A stretch of DNA of 64,000 bases, taken from assembly GCA_033764955.1 (NCBI GenBank), contig JANRIL010000042.1, positions 32,001 to 96,000 of the forward strand, given 5' to 3'. The DNA comes from Cyanobacteriota bacterium (GTDB lineage: Bacteria > Cyanobacteriota > Cyanobacteriia > Thermostichales > Thermostichaceae). The notes under the pieces are model-generated. The model worked only from the letters and a program-made list of their open reading frames with translations. It did not search any database and had not been told where the DNA came from. This document shows positions 31,011-42,940 of this stretch, in pieces (positions within the stretch are counted from its first letter, which is position 1; each line of letters begins with the position of its first letter). Both the position numbers and the translations under genes were made by a program.

Positions 31011-32102
31011 ATGCAGATTGGCATTCCCAAAGAGATCAAAGACCAAGAGTTTCGGGTCGGACTGACCCCGGCGGGTGTGCGGGCGCTATCGGAGCAAGGT
31101 CATGGGGTTTGGGTGGAGGAAGGAGCCGGAACCGGAGCCGGATTTAGCGATCTCGACTACCAAAAAGCAGGTGCCAAAATAGCCGACTCCGCCGCCCAGG
31201 TCTATGCCCAAGAAATGGTGGTGAAGGTAAAGGAACCCCTGCCTGCGGAATATGGGCTTTTGCATCCGCAACTACTTTTGTTTACCTATCTGCATCTGGC
31301 GGCTGATCTGACCTTAACCCAAGCTCTGCTGGCCTCAGGAGCTACCTGCATCGCCTACGAAACTGTTGAATTAGCCAATGGATCCCTGCCTCTCTTAATG
31401 CCGATGAGTGTCATTGCGGGTCGCCTTTCCGTGCAATTTGGGGCGCACTACCTGACCCGACAACAGGGGGGACGGGGGGTGTTGCTGGGGGGGATCCCAG
31501 GGGTTCATCCGGGGCGGGTGGTGATCTTAGGCGGCGGTTCTGTCGGGACCGAAGCGGCCAGGATGGCGGTGGGGCTGGGGGCGCGGGTGCAAATTTTGGA
31601 TATCAACCTGCATCGCCTCAATGAATTGGAGCTTTTGTTTGGCTCGCGGGTGGAATTGATCTACAGCACTGCTCAGGCGGTGGAAGAAGCGGTGATCGAT
31701 GCCGATCTGCTGATCGGAGCCGTGTTGATTCCCGGCAGTCGCGCTCCTATTTTGGTGTCAGAAGCTGTTGTGGGAGAGATGCGGCCTCGTTCGGTGATAG
31801 TGGATGTGGCGGTGGATCAGGGGGGCTGTATCGCCACGACGCGAGTCACCTCCCATACCGCTCCGGTCTACGAAGCCCAAGGGGTGCTGCATTATGGGGT
31901 GCCTAACATGCCGGGGGCTGTTCCCTGGACTTCTACGCAAGCTCTGGTCAACAGCACGCTGCCTTATGTCCTCAAACTGGCCAAGCTAGGGGTGAAGGAA
32001 GCCATGCAGCAGGATCCTGCCCTTGCCAAAGGACTCAATGTGCAGGCCGGACGGCTGATTCATCCCGCTGTGCAAGCGGCTTTTCCCCAGTTGGCTGATT
32101 AA
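31011..32102 (+). CDS. ald: Alanine dehydrogenase
   Basis: IGIPKEIKDQEFRVG, KVKEP, FTYLHLA, DVAVDQGG, VPNMPGAVP. Confidence 0.97.
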   Translation: MQIGIPKEIKDQEFRVGLTPAGVRALSEQGHGVWVEEGAGTGAGFSDLDYQKAGAKIADSAAQVYAQEMVVKVKEPLPAEYGLLHPQLLLFTYLHLAADLTLTQALLASGATCIAYETVELANGSLPLLMPMSVIAGRLSVQFGAHYLTRQQGGRGVLLGGIPGVHPGRVVILGGGSVGTEAARMAVGLGARVQILDINLHRLNELELLFGSRVELIYSTAQAVEEAVIDADLLIGAVLIPGSRAPILVSEAVVGEMRPRSVIVDVAVDQGGCIATTRVTSHTAPVYEAQGVLHYGVPNMPGAVPWTSTQALVNSTLPYVLKLAKLGVKEAMQQDPALAKGLNVQAGRLIHPAVQAAFPQLAD

Positions 32103-32127
32103 AAAACCAGCCAGTTAAAGTACCCAT

Positions 32128-33846
32128 CTAAAACAAGAAATACCGTTGCGCCATCGGTAAAACCTCAGCTGGTTCGCAGGTCAGGAGTTCTCCATCCGCC
32201 CGCACCTGATAGGTTTCGGGATCCACTTCTAAATGGGGGGTATAAGTATTGAGCTTGAGATCGGCTTTGCTGATCTCCCGGCAGTTTTTCACCGCCACCA
32301 CCGGACGCTCCAATCCCAGTTGAGTGGGGATCCCCAGATCAAGGGCGGCTTGGGAGGTAAAAATCAGGCTGGTTTGGGTGAGCGCCTGCCCAAAGCTACC
32401 AAACATCGGACGAGACCAAACGGGCTGGGGGGTGGGAATGGAAGCATTGGGATCCCCCATTTGGGCATAGGCGATCAAGCCTCCCTTCAACACCAATTCC
32501 GGTTTGACCCCAAAAAAAGCAGGCTTCCACAGGCAGAGATCGGCTAGTTTGCCCACTTCCACGGAGCCAATCACATGGCTGACCCCTTGGGCAATCGCCG
32601 GACAGATGGTGTATTTAGCAACATAGCGTTTGGCGCGATGGTTATCATGGCGAGCCGAATCCTCCGCTAGGGATCCCCGTTGTTCCTTCATTTTGTGGGC
32701 AGTTTGCCAGGTTCGTAGAATCACCTCCCCCACCCGTCCCATCGCCTGCGAGTCGGAGGAGATGATGCTCAACACCCCCAGATCATGAAGGATATCCTCG
32801 GCAGCAATCGTTTGAGGACGAATGCGAGACTCGGCAAAGGCGATATCTTCCGGCACCTCTTTGCTTAAGTGGTGGCAAACCATCAGCATATCGAGATGCT
32901 CTTCGATGGTATTGCGGGTAAACGGGCGGGTGGGATTGGTGGAACTGGGCAAAACATTAGCCTCCCCCGCCAAGCGCAAGATATCAGGGGCATGACCGCC
33001 GCCCGCCCCCTCGGTGTGAAAGGTGTGGATGGTGCGACCGTTGATGGCGGCAATCGAGTCTTCCACAAAACCCGACTCATTCAGGGTGTCGGTGTGAATC
33101 AACCCTTGCACATCGTAGTCATCACAGATGCCCAGACAGGTGTCGATCACCGCCGGAGTGGTGCCCCAGTCCTCATGCATTTTGAGTCCACAGGCTCCGG
33201 CTTCCACCTGTTCCCGCAAGGGATCCCGGCTGGCGCTGTTGCCTTTGCCAAAAAAGCCCAGATTGAGGGGAAACGCCGCCGCCGCTTGCAGCATTTTGCC
33301 CAAATTCCAGGCTCCGGGGGTGCAGGTGGTGGCATTGGTTCCCGTGGCAGGGCCAGTACCCCCCCCCATCAGGGTCGTTAAGCCAGAGGCAATCGCCACC
33401 TCACAGATTTGCGGGCAAATGAAGTGAACGTGGACATCAATCCCACCCGCCGTCACAATCAGCTTTTCTCCCGCGATCACCTCGGTGCTAGCCCCCACCA
33501 CCATCCCCGGCGTCACCCCCGGTTGAATATTCGGATTGCCCGCCTTGCCAATCCCGACGATCAGCCCATCGCGGATCCCGATATCTGCTTTAACAATCCC
33601 CCACCAGTCCAAAATCAGCGCATTGGTAATCACCAGATCGAGGGCACCCCCCGCCCGTGTTGTAAAGGGAGACTGTCCCATGCCATCGCGGATGGTCTTG
33701 CCCCCCCCAAACTTGATTTCCTCTCCATAAACCGTGAAATCCTTTTCCACCTCGATCAGCAGAGAGGTATCGGCTAATCTCACCCGATCCCCGACGGTTG
33801 GGCCATAAGTGTTGACATAGGCGCGACGGGGAATTTCCAGAGTCAT
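32128..33846 (-). CDS. ureC: Urease subunit alpha
   Basis: [52 protein letters not shown]. Confidence 0.99.
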   Translation of the reverse strand: MTLEIPRRAYVNTYGPTVGDRVRLADTSLLIEVEKDFTVYGEEIKFGGGKTIRDGMGQSPFTTRAGGALDLVITNALILDWWGIVKADIGIRDGLIVGIGKAGNPNIQPGVTPGMVVGASTEVIAGEKLIVTAGGIDVHVHFICPQICEVAIASGLTTLMGGGTGPATGTNATTCTPGAWNLGKMLQAAAAFPLNLGFFGKGNSASRDPLREQVEAGACGLKMHEDWGTTPAVIDTCLGICDDYDVQGLIHTDTLNESGFVEDSIAAINGRTIHTFHTEGAGGGHAPDILRLAGEANVLPSSTNPTRPFTRNTIEEHLDMLMVCHHLSKEVPEDIAFAESRIRPQTIAAEDILHDLGVLSIISSDSQAMGRVGEVILRTWQTAHKMKEQRGSLAEDSARHDNHRAKRYVAKYTICPAIAQGVSHVIGSVEVGKLADLCLWKPAFFGVKPELVLKGGLIAYAQMGDPNASIPTPQPVWSRPMFGSFGQALTQTSLIFTSQAALDLGIPTQLGLERPVVAVKNCREISKADLKLNTYTPHLEVDPETYQVRADGELLTCEPAEVLPMAQRYFLF

Positions 33847-34117
33847 GGGTAGAGCCAGCCATAAAGGTCAAGGATGCTGGTTTTATACCACAGGATGTCC
33901 CCAGCCTGGATAACCAAATGATGGGATCCCTTTAGCTAGGCAGGGGAAAGTTGGAAAGATGCTTTTTTCCGGGTCGCCGTCACCCCCTTAGACTCTCTTA
34001 CATATTTATTACCCATAAGTTGTGGTCTCAGGGCTGTCCTCAGCAATGCCCAATCCCCCCTCCCATCCCTGGATAAAAGGTTGAGAGGATAGTGGGTTCA
34101 GTAAAATTTTTGGAGAA

Positions 34118-34190
34118 TACCCCCAAGGGGATTCGAACCCCTGTCGCATCCGTGAAAGGGATGTGTCCTGGGCCTCTAGACGATGGGGGC
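34118..34190 (-). tRNA. trnE: tRNA-Glu (UUC), CCA not encoded
   Basis: Minus strand GCCCCCATCGTCTAGAGGCCCAGGACACATCCCTTTCACGGATGCGACAGGGGTTCGAATCCCCTTGGGGGTA folds as a cloverleaf with anticodon TTC and a GTTCGAA T-loop. Confidence 0.97.
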
Positions 34191-34441
34191 AGAGGCATTT
34201 CGACAAGAACACCATCCTAGAATTAAATTTTGACGCTTGTCAATCACCAAAGATCCGCACATCTGCTTCCCAGAGGATCCCCTTCGCTGGAGGATTGGGT
34301 CATCGCCGGATCCCTGCCAACCCCAAAATCGAGGTATTCTAAAGCTGGCGTGTTGTTGATGGCTAGCCCTCCTTCAAGGCTTGTGCATCCTTTGCTCAGC
34401 GTTACGTTTGCCCCTGTTGAGTTACTGCGGAGATTTCCTTG

Positions 34442-34822
34442 ATGCGTCAGATCAACTTCCTGATTTTGTTTGCCATTTTGCTAGCTATCTCGCTCTTTGC
34501 TATGCAAAATGCCAATCCAGTAGCCGTCACCTTTGCCCCTGGAGTTTCGGTTCAACTGCCTCTTGTCTTGGAGTTATTGGCGGCGGCGGGTGTGGGCGCA
34601 ACCTTTGCCTGGATGTATGGCCTGTGGATGAAGATGCAGTTTATGGTGGAAGTCCGCGATAAAAACCGTGAAATTCAGGAGAAGGAAGGGCAGATCAATG
34701 AACTCAAGCAAATCGTAGTAGACCTAGAAACTACCGTGAAAGCCCTTCCTCCCAGCAAACGAGCCGAACCTCCTCAGGAAGAAGAAATTACCGTCAGCGA
34801 GGGATCCACTATTGCCTCCTAG
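34442..34822 (+). CDS. LapA (DUF1049) family membrane protein
   Basis: Two TM helices with FAMQN motif and a C-terminal coiled coil. Confidence 0.8.
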   Translation: MRQINFLILFAILLAISLFAMQNANPVAVTFAPGVSVQLPLVLELLAAAGVGATFAWMYGLWMKMQFMVEVRDKNREIQEKEGQINELKQIVVDLETTVKALPPSKRAEPPQEEEITVSEGSTIAS

Positions 34823-34961
34823 GCCATTTTCAGCATCCGCGTGGAGGGATCCCGAAGGCAGGCAGACAGCGGTCAATGTGAGAATTTTGTGATGAGCAGC
34901 GCAACTTTCAACCGTAACCACTATACTTGATAGGCTATTGGTTTTAGGTTCACTGTCCATC

Positions 34962-36482
34962 ATGCAAGTGACTCAGGAAAAGCGCCCAGGCAGTCAGGTT
35001 GGGTTGACCATCGTTGTTGACGCAGAACAGGTCAAAAAAATCTACGACAAAACGGTGCGAGATCTCGTGCAAAATTTTCAGGTGCAGGGATTTCGCAAAG
35101 GGAAAGCACCCCGCCACCTCGTCATGCGCTACCTGGGGAAAGAACGGGTGGTGGCCAATGTCATCGATGATTTGATCAATGATTCGGTTACCACAGCCTT
35201 TCACCAAACCAAGCTGACCCCCATCAACAAATTCCAGATCGAAAGCGATATCCCCCAACTGATCGGCAGCTTTGATCCGGCAGGGGAGTTTACCTTTGTT
35301 GGATACGTAGAGGTTTATCCTGAGGTGACGCTGGGCAACTATAAAAACTTAACCGTCAGTCCCACCCGTGTGGATATGGATCCGCAGCAGATTGCCGCCA
35401 CCATCGATCGTTGGCGGGAGCAACGGGCTACCCTCCTGCCAATTGAAGATCGTCCCGCACAACTGGGGGATGTAGCGGTTGTGGATTTCTCAGGGGTGGA
35501 TAGCCACGGGGATCCGATAGAAGGAGGCTCAGCCACTGACTTTCAACTGGATTTGCAGGAGAGCAACTTCATCCCTGGCTTTGTGGCGGGGGTTGTGGGA
35601 ATGCAACTGGATGAAACCCGTGAAATTGCCGCTCAATTTCCAGAGGACTATTTTCAAGAGGCATTGGCTGGACAGGCGGCTACTTTTACCGTCACCCTCA
35701 AAGAATTAAAGGCCAAAGAACTACCCGAATTGGATGATCCGTTTGTTCAAGAGATCAGTGATTTTCAGACCGTGGATGAACTAAAGGAGCATCTGCGCTT
35801 GCGCTTGATCCGCGAGGCTGCGGTCAAATCCAAAGACAACCTAGAAGCAGCCATTATTGAGCAGATCTTGGCGGTCACCGAAGTAGACCTGCCCGTCAGC
35901 TTGATTGAGCAAGAATCCTCTCAGTTGTTAGCGCAAAGCCTCAGCAGTATGCAGGAAAAAGGACTCGGCGTTCCAGATATTCGGCAATTTATCTCCAGCC
36001 TGCCACAGGAAACCCTTAACAATTTAATGGAACGCTTTCAACCGGAGGCCATCAACCGCCTCAAACGCACCCTAGCCTTGGGGAAAATTGTTGAGAATGA
36101 ACGTATCTCCGTCGGTGAAACGGAGCTGGAGGTGGCGGTTCAGGAAGTTTTGGACAACTACCCCCAGACTCGCCAGGATGTTAAACGATTACAGAAGATC
36201 ATTCATGAAGACTTGTTGACAAACAAGGTGATGAACTGGTTAAAATCCAACACCACTGTCACCTGGCTGGATGGAGAAGGCAACCCCATTGACGCTCCTG
36301 AGCTGGCAGAAGCCGAGGAAGAGTCGGCATTGGATTCAGCCTCCAGCATCCCTGAGGCCGAATTCACGGAAGAAGTGGAGGATAACCGCCTCACTTCTGA
36401 AGACTCTCCACAAGCATCTCTACGCGAATCTCCACCAGTAACGGGTGAGGATGTGCTGACAACCGAGGATCCTGTCCTCTAG
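34962..36482 (+). CDS. tig: Trigger factor with long acidic tail
   Basis: GFRKGKAP ribosome-binding motif, FKBP domain (FIPGF, FPEDY, LAG..ATF); likely start MQVTQE. Confidence 0.97.
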   Translation: MQVTQEKRPGSQVGLTIVVDAEQVKKIYDKTVRDLVQNFQVQGFRKGKAPRHLVMRYLGKERVVANVIDDLINDSVTTAFHQTKLTPINKFQIESDIPQLIGSFDPAGEFTFVGYVEVYPEVTLGNYKNLTVSPTRVDMDPQQIAATIDRWREQRATLLPIEDRPAQLGDVAVVDFSGVDSHGDPIEGGSATDFQLDLQESNFIPGFVAGVVGMQLDETREIAAQFPEDYFQEALAGQAATFTVTLKELKAKELPELDDPFVQEISDFQTVDELKEHLRLRLIREAAVKSKDNLEAAIIEQILAVTEVDLPVSLIEQESSQLLAQSLSSMQEKGLGVPDIRQFISSLPQETLNNLMERFQPEAINRLKRTLALGKIVENERISVGETELEVAVQEVLDNYPQTRQDVKRLQKIIHEDLLTNKVMNWLKSNTTVTWLDGEGNPIDAPELAEAEEESALDSASSIPEAEFTEEVEDNRLTSEDSPQASLRESPPVTGEDVLTTEDPVL

Positions 36483-36615
36483 CTAGAGGGGATCTCCCCT
36501 TCTGAGGAAGTAGCCGCTACTGCCACAGAGGAAACACCAGAGGAAATATCACAGGAAACACCCGAAGAAACCGAACCATAGGTCAACCCATTTCAGCCCT
36601 TAGGAGCCGCTCTAA

Positions 36616-37662
36616 CTATGGGATCCCAAAGTGTTGAAAGGTTTGCTCCCGTTGCAAAAAGCCGTCGCCCAGCAACTCGACCCTCTGGGTGGGATCCCTG
36701 GGGGCTGGGATAACCTCCCCAATCACCTGGGATCCCGGTAGCAGGCTGACCAATCGATCGGCGGCGGTGGCGGGCATACTCAGCAACAGTTGAAAATCTT
36801 CTCCGCCATAGAGTGCCCACTCCAGGGCTTTTTCTGGGAAAACGGCCTGCAAATCAGGGGACAACGGGATCCGCGTTGGATCGATGCGGGCACCCACCTG
36901 ACTGGCCACTGACATTTGCAGGAGGGCATCAGCTAGGCCATCGCTGGTATCCATGCCTGCTTGCACCGGAGAACCGAGATCCGCTAAGAGAGGCACCACA
37001 TCAAGGCGGGGCTGTGGATATTGGTGGGCTTTGATCAGGGCTTGTCTTTGGGAAAGGGATCCCCCACTCGTGGACATATTGGGATGGAGCAGCAGTTCTA
37101 GCCCAGCCCGTGCATCCCCGTGATACCCTGTCACCAGCCAGACATCCCCCACCTGCACCGCTTTACGATAGAGAGCTTTTGCTGGATTTACCTCCCCCAA
37201 AGCAGTAATCGCCAGAAAACGGGTGGCGGAACGGCAGAGATCTCCCCCCACTAGGGATACCCGCCAGGGATAGAGTCCGTCTTGCACCCCCTGATAAAGT
37301 TGATAAACCCACTGCAACGAGGTTTCTCCCGTCAAGCCCAGCCCAATCACCAATGACATCGGTCGGGATCCCATCGCCGCCAGATCCGACAAATTGGCGG
37401 CCACCGCTCGCCATCCCACGGCATGGGCAGGGGTAGTCGCGGGGCTAAAATGCACCCCCTCCACCAAAACATCGGTTGTCACCACCAACGAGGCAGAGCA
37501 AGGGGGGAGTACCGCCGCATCATCCCCCACGACGGCGGTAGGGGAAAAACTCTGTAAAAGAGGCAGTAATCCGGCTTCCCCCACCTGATTGAGGGTTAAA
37601 TTCAGGTCAGGCCAATCCATAGAAGACTTGTGTTTTGAGTGGGTTAGCAAGGGTGCAGCCAT
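36616..37662 (-). CDS. thiL: Thiamine-monophosphate kinase (start uncertain: 37662 or 37620)
   Basis: GDDAA, TTDVLVEGVHF, ANLSDLAAMG, DTSDGL, GGEDFQL. Confidence 0.95.
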   Translation of the reverse strand: MAAPLLTHSKHKSSMDWPDLNLTLNQVGEAGLLPLLQSFSPTAVVGDDAAVLPPCSASLVVTTDVLVEGVHFSPATTPAHAVGWRAVAANLSDLAAMGSRPMSLVIGLGLTGETSLQWVYQLYQGVQDGLYPWRVSLVGGDLCRSATRFLAITALGEVNPAKALYRKAVQVGDVWLVTGYHGDARAGLELLLHPNMSTSGGSLSQRQALIKAHQYPQPRLDVVPLLADLGSPVQAGMDTSDGLADALLQMSVASQVGARIDPTRIPLSPDLQAVFPEKALEWALYGGEDFQLLLSMPATAADRLVSLLPGSQVIGEVIPAPRDPTQRVELLGDGFLQREQTFQHFGIP

Positions 37663-37664
37663 TC

Positions 37665-39533
37665 CTAGCTGACTTGAGGTTGTAACCGCCAATCGGATCC
37701 CAACCCGATGATCCGCTCCGCCGCTTCTTGGTCAAGAGGGGGGCTAAAAAAATAGCCCTGACCATATTGACAACCCAAGACTTTTAATTGGGACAGTTGT
37801 GCCGCCGTCTCAATGCCTTCCGCCACTACTTGGATCCCTAGATTATCCGCTAACGCGATAATCGCCCGCACAATCCCGATATTTTCGGCATTGACCCCCA
37901 CTTGACTGACAAACGAGCGATCAATTTTCAGGGTTTGCACGGGGAAACGATGCAGATAGCTGAGGGAGGAGTAGCCCGTGCCAAAATCATCGATACACAA
38001 TTCGATCTGGCGCGCCCGCAACTGACTCAAAGTCGTGGTGGCAGATTCAGCATTGTCCATCATCGTGCTTTCGGTAATTTCGACCTTGAGGTGGGAACTG
38101 ATCACCCCTGTTTCCTGCAAAATCTGATCAATGCGACCCATCAGTTCAGCTTGGGCAAACTGGCGAGCCGACAAATTGACATTCATGGTAAGAGGACGAG
38201 AACGGGGATAGTGTTGCTGCCAACGGTGCAGTTGTTGACAAGCCGCCCGTAAAACCCATTCCCCAATCGGCACAATTAGCCCCGTCTCTTCGGCAGCAGG
38301 AATAAACTTAGCAGGGCTAAGCCGTCCCTGCTGGGGATGTTCCCAACGAATCAAGGCTTCAAACCCAACCATTTCCCCCGACATTAACTGAACCAGAGGT
38401 TGATAGACTAAAAAAAACTCCTGACGTTCGAGGGCATGGCGCAGATCCGTTTCCAGTTGCAGACGGTTGATGGCCTGGGTATACATCACACTTTCAAACA
38501 CCTGGTAACGGCCTTTCCCAGAGGATTTAGCCTGATACATAGCCGTGTCGGCATCCCGCAATAAATGTTCTGCCTGCTCGTAGCCCTCCCCCAGCACAAT
38601 CCCAACACTGGCATTCAAAAACACGTCCTGTTGCGCCAGCGTAAATGGCTTTTGTAGCTGTTGATGGATTTGCTCCGCGTATTGTTTGGCCTGCTCCACA
38701 TCTCGGATATGTTCCAGTAGCATGACAAATTCGTCCCCCCCTAGCCGTGCCAACAAGCCCAGGGATCCCTGTAAACAATCTTGCATACGGCGAGCCACCG
38801 CGATCAGCAGTTGATCGCCGGCAGAATGGCCAAGAGAATCATTGATCACCTTGAAGCGATCGCAATCAATAAATAAAACCGCAAACTCATACTCCCGATT
38901 TTGTTTGGCGCGGCTCAGATTGTCCTCCAAACGCTTCATCAACTGGGTGCGGTTGGGTAAATCCGTCAGGCTATCGTGTAGGACGCGGTGAAGAAGCTGC
39001 TCTTGAATCCGTTTGCGTTCCTCGATTTCCCGTTGCAACGCATGGTTAGCCAGTTGCAATTGGGCGGTGCGCTGCTCCACCCGTTGCTCCAGTTGAGCAT
39101 TCAGTTCTTGTAGTTTTTGCTGCATCCGCCGGATATTGAGTTGATTTTCCACCCGCGCCAGCACCTCTTCAAACTGGAAGGGTTTGGGAATGTAATCTAC
39201 CCCCCCCACCGCAAAAGCCTTAACTTTGTTGAAGGTGTCATCCAGAGCGCTGATGAAAATCACCGGGATCCCTTGGGTGGTGGGATCCGCTTTCAGCCGT
39301 TCACACACCTGGTAGCCGCTCATCTGAGGCATGTTGATATCCAACAAAATCAGGTCAGGAGCCGCTGTTTGTACAGCAGTTAGAGCCATCGGCCCGCTTA
39401 AGACTTTGCGAACCTTATATCCCTGTCCTGTCAGCAGGCTTTCCAGCAAACGCAGGTTGGCTAAGGTATCATCCACAACCAGGATATTGCCCTTGCTTTC
39501 GAGAGCCGGATCGGGGGGGGAGAGGCTAGTCAT
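37665..39533 (-). CDS. REC-GGDEF-EAL c-di-GMP response regulator
   Basis: REC with intact Asp (LILLDINMP), [25 protein letters not shown]. Confidence 0.95.
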   Translation of the reverse strand: MTSLSPPDPALESKGNILVVDDTLANLRLLESLLTGQGYKVRKVLSGPMALTAVQTAAPDLILLDINMPQMSGYQVCERLKADPTTQGIPVIFISALDDTFNKVKAFAVGGVDYIPKPFQFEEVLARVENQLNIRRMQQKLQELNAQLEQRVEQRTAQLQLANHALQREIEERKRIQEQLLHRVLHDSLTDLPNRTQLMKRLEDNLSRAKQNREYEFAVLFIDCDRFKVINDSLGHSAGDQLLIAVARRMQDCLQGSLGLLARLGGDEFVMLLEHIRDVEQAKQYAEQIHQQLQKPFTLAQQDVFLNASVGIVLGEGYEQAEHLLRDADTAMYQAKSSGKGRYQVFESVMYTQAINRLQLETDLRHALERQEFFLVYQPLVQLMSGEMVGFEALIRWEHPQQGRLSPAKFIPAAEETGLIVPIGEWVLRAACQQLHRWQQHYPRSRPLTMNVNLSARQFAQAELMGRIDQILQETGVISSHLKVEITESTMMDNAESATTTLSQLRARQIELCIDDFGTGYSSLSYLHRFPVQTLKIDRSFVSQVGVNAENIGIVRAIIALADNLGIQVVAEGIETAAQLSQLKVLGCQYGQGYFFSPPLDQEAAERIIGLGSDWRLQPQVS

Positions 39534-42500
39534 GATGGCTGAGTCAGGCGGATCAACTGTTCAAAATCAAGCTGTTGGACGAGCCGCATCAGGAGGTTAG
39601 CGAGATCTTGCTGAGAGTGAGGGAGTTGCGAAATTAGGGCTAGCATCGCTTCTTCATCGGCAGAAAGAGAGGCTTGATGAAAGACATTCAACCACTGGCT
39701 GGGCTGGCTGGCCAGACGATCCGCAATTGGGGTTAAGTCAGTCAAACCAGGAGGCGGGGATCCAGAAAGGTTGGGATCGGTAGGCTCATACTGATAGGTT
39801 AACCCCAAGTGTTCAGCCATTTTTTCAAAGATTGTGGACTCTTGAAATGGTTTACGCACATAATCATCACATCCCACTGATAAAACGATCGCCCGTTCTT
39901 CCTCCATAGCACTGGCGGTCAGGGCAATGATAACAGTCGCCTGTCCTTTTAACTCAGATTTAATCTGGCGCGTAGCTTGATATCCATCCAAGACCGGCAT
40001 CCGCATATCCATCCAGATCAGATGGGGATCCCACTCTCGCCAAATGGCAATCGCCTCTTCTCCATTCACAGCGCTGCGGGTAGCAAATCCCGTCAAGCTG
40101 AGCAATTTGCTCAATAATTCACGATTTTCAGGTTTATCATCGACGACTAAGATGCGCGGTTCGTCTTGATGGGGAGCCAGCCCAATCACCCGTTGCTTGT
40201 TGATCTTTTGAGCCACAGGGGAGGAATTGGCTCTCCCAAAAGGCAAGATAAACCGGAAGGTGGATCCCTGCTGCACCTGGCTTTTGACCTCCAGTTCTCC
40301 CCCCATCATCTGCACAAAATGACGGCTGATCGCTAAACCCAACCCCGTGCCCTCATGGGATCTCAATCCCCCCTGAGCCTGCACAAACGGTTGAAAGAGC
40401 TTTTCCAATTCTAGGGGAGCAATTCCTTGCCCAGTGTCGCTAACTCGAAAGTCTAGGTCATAGGTGGCTGCGGTAGGGGAGTCGGGTGGCTGCGCCAAGC
40501 GGATCTCCAGTCTAACCTCACCCTGGTGGGTAAATTTGATGGCATTGCTGAGGAGATTGATCAAGATTTGCCGGAGCTTTCCTTCATCCCCTACTAAACA
40601 CTCCGGCACCTGACTATCGACATGGAAGGAGAGGTGCAGATGTTTAGCCTGAGCACGTATGATGAACATACTTTTCAGATGGCTGATCAAACGAACCAAA
40701 TCGAAGGTTTCAACATGCAGAAGGGTGCGTCCAGCTTCAATTTTAGACATCTCCAGCACATCGTTGATCAAATTGAGCAGATGTTCGCCACTGCGGTTAA
40801 TAATCTCCAGGTTCTCTTTTTGGGCAGCAGTTAAGTGGGGATCCCGATCCATCAATTGGCTAAAACCCAAGATGGCATTGAGAGGGGTTCGTAATTCATG
40901 GGTCATGTTAGCCAGGAAAGCACTTTTGGCTCGATTGGCGGCTTCGGCAGCTTCTTTGGCTTTGACCAATTCGGCTTCAATCAATTTCCGTTCGGTGGCA
41001 TCCGTTCCCACCGACAGAATTTCAACCAGTTGTCCTTGTTCATCAAAAATAGGACGATTGGACCAGGAAACCCAAACCCGTTCGCCATCGCTGCGGAGGT
41101 TTTCGTTCTCATTCCAAAGATAGAAATTGGGATGCACACAAATATCTTGCATTAACCCTTGCAAATCACGACCGGATGACTCAGTTGGCGGCACAATCGT
41201 ACCCACCAAGTTTTTGCCTAACAAATAGGCTTCGCTATAACCAAAGAATTTTTGTCCGAACTCATTGATAAAAGTGATTTCCCCTTTTACATTCCAGCGG
41301 AAAATAATTGAATTAGCCGCTTGCACTAGATAACGATATTTGGCCTCGCTCTGTTCTAGTTCCTCTTCGATTTGCTTGCTTTGCGTAATATCCTCAAAAA
41401 TTCCCATACTCAGTTGAGGTCTATCCTGATCGTCTAAAACTAAAGAAACACTCACCCGTAGCCAGATCATTTGGCCATCTTTGCGAATACAGCGTTTATT
41501 AATTTGATAATAGTCTCGCTCCCCTGCGACCAATTGTTCCCAAAGGATATCTTCTAAGAGCAAATCATGAGGCTCAGTATACTCACGATAGGTAACTGTT
41601 GATGATAATTGCTCCACCGAATATCCCAACATAGTTGCCAGAGCTGGATTTACCTTCAGAGTTTTTCCACAAAACTCATCCAACACAATTCCTACAACAG
41701 CGTTGTCAAAAATGGCACGCAACAGGGCTTCACTGTGCCGCAAATTAGCTTCGCGGATTGCCAATTCCTCGAGGATTTGTTTTTGCTCAGTAATATCCGA
41801 AACGATGCCCAAGATGCCGATGACGTTGCCATCTCCATCATGCAACGGCACCTTAATGCCACTGATCCAGAGGGATCGCTCATGCTGCTTGTCGATGAGC
41901 CGAAAGTCGCTATGGGCGGGGGCGTTGTTTTGCAAAACCTGTTGATCAACTTGGCGAAAGATCTTGGCCTGCTGCTCTCCCCAGGGTAGATCAAAATCAG
42001 ACTTGCCAATCATCGCGGCGGGAGAAGCCACCCCCGCTTGCCGAGCTGCCACCTGATTGCAGCCTAAATAGATGGAGTGTCGATCCTTCCAAAACACTCC
42101 CTGAGGAATGGTATCCAGCACCGTTTGCAACATCTGCTGGGATCCCCGAAGCGCCTCTTCCGCCTGCTGTCGTTCGGTTTGCTCAAGCGCCATGCTGACC
42201 AGACCCGCCATCGCGGTAGCAAACATTTTTTCATCGGCCAACCAAGTCCGCGCCCCCCCCACATGAGCACAACACAACACCCCTTCGATCTGATCCCCCA
42301 AAAAAATGGGGATATCCAGGAGGGATCCAATTCCTAGCGGTTGCAAATGATCGGGAACCAGCTCGCGGGTGCGGGGATCTTGCCAACAATCATCGGCATC
42401 AATGATTTGATTTTGGTCAAGGCTGGCAAAATATTGGGGATAGTCTTGCCGTTGCAAGGGTGGGCTTGATTCGTGCCGTTGCCGATGTCGATCAAATAAA

Positions 42501-42730
42501 TCCAAACAGTAAATCGACTGACGGTCGGATTCCAACCGCCAAATGCTTACCCGCTCCACTTGCAGGGTATGAGCTACCAATTCCGTGAGTTGCGCTGCCT
42601 TCGTGGATAGATCCCCCCCGCGAAATCCTTTGCTGCCAATCAAGGTAGAAAGGGCGTGTTGCTGAAGGGCTAAGCGCGCCTGCGCCTCTTGCCAGAGATG
42701 TTGATGGAGGATGGGTTGAATCGTTGTCAT
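39530..42730 (-). CDS. Hybrid sensor histidine kinase GAF-PAS-PAS-PAS-HisKA-HATPase-REC
   Basis: [17 protein letters not shown]-box, NAIKFT, DTGQGI, GTGLGL, REC (IWMDMRMP); ATGA overlap with the downstream regulator; likely start MTTIQP. Confidence 0.95.
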   Translation of the reverse strand: MTTIQPILHQHLWQEAQARLALQQHALSTLIGSKGFRGGDLSTKAAQLTELVAHTLQVERVSIWRLESDRQSIYCLDLFDRHRQRHESSPPLQRQDYPQYFASLDQNQIIDADDCWQDPRTRELVPDHLQPLGIGSLLDIPIFLGDQIEGVLCCAHVGGARTWLADEKMFATAMAGLVSMALEQTERQQAEEALRGSQQMLQTVLDTIPQGVFWKDRHSIYLGCNQVAARQAGVASPAAMIGKSDFDLPWGEQQAKIFRQVDQQVLQNNAPAHSDFRLIDKQHERSLWISGIKVPLHDGDGNVIGILGIVSDITEQKQILEELAIREANLRHSEALLRAIFDNAVVGIVLDEFCGKTLKVNPALATMLGYSVEQLSSTVTYREYTEPHDLLLEDILWEQLVAGERDYYQINKRCIRKDGQMIWLRVSVSLVLDDQDRPQLSMGIFEDITQSKQIEEELEQSEAKYRYLVQAANSIIFRWNVKGEITFINEFGQKFFGYSEAYLLGKNLVGTIVPPTESSGRDLQGLMQDICVHPNFYLWNENENLRSDGERVWVSWSNRPIFDEQGQLVEILSVGTDATERKLIEAELVKAKEAAEAANRAKSAFLANMTHELRTPLNAILGFSQLMDRDPHLTAAQKENLEIINRSGEHLLNLINDVLEMSKIEAGRTLLHVETFDLVRLISHLKSMFIIRAQAKHLHLSFHVDSQVPECLVGDEGKLRQILINLLSNAIKFTHQGEVRLEIRLAQPPDSPTAATYDLDFRVSDTGQGIAPLELEKLFQPFVQAQGGLRSHEGTGLGLAISRHFVQMMGGELEVKSQVQQGSTFRFILPFGRANSSPVAQKINKQRVIGLAPHQDEPRILVVDDKPENRELLSKLLSLTGFATRSAVNGEEAIAIWREWDPHLIWMDMRMPVLDGYQATRQIKSELKGQATVIIALTASAMEEERAIVLSVGCDDYVRKPFQESTIFEKMAEHLGLTYQYEPTDPNLSGSPPPGLTDLTPIADRLASQPSQWLNVFHQASLSADEEAMLALISQLPHSQQDLANLLMRLVQQLDFEQLIRLTQPS

Positions 42731-42940
42731 AACTGGGATCCCCTGTGGGTTTGGCAACGATAGCCTCAAAACGTGGCTCTATTTGCAAGCTGCAATTCGA
42801 TCCCCTACTGGGATTCGATGCTGCTTAGATCGGGTCTCACCTCTCAATCTATTGTTACTTTTCTGATCCGTTGATAAAAGTTATCTTTTTTACTGAATCC
42901 TACTGAATTTAACCAGAAATTCTCCTTGATGCCATCGCGG

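Noticed and set aside
32128..33846. Orphan ureC as a sign of a broken urease system
   Set aside because: Scattered ure genes are common in cyanobacteria, and the catalytic motifs are intact.
33850..34117. tRNA-Glu as an integration site for an island or prophage
   Set aside because: No integrase and no duplicated tRNA 3' end seen; the flanking genes are housekeeping.
34009..34215. 68-aa ORF on the minus strand
   Set aside because: It overlaps the tRNA-Glu gene; spurious translation.
36480..36486. TAG-CTAG as a programmed readthrough signal
   Set aside because: That context is a eukaryotic motif, and TAGCTA also occurs at ordinary stops here (pepN, vWA/labA); not used as evidence.
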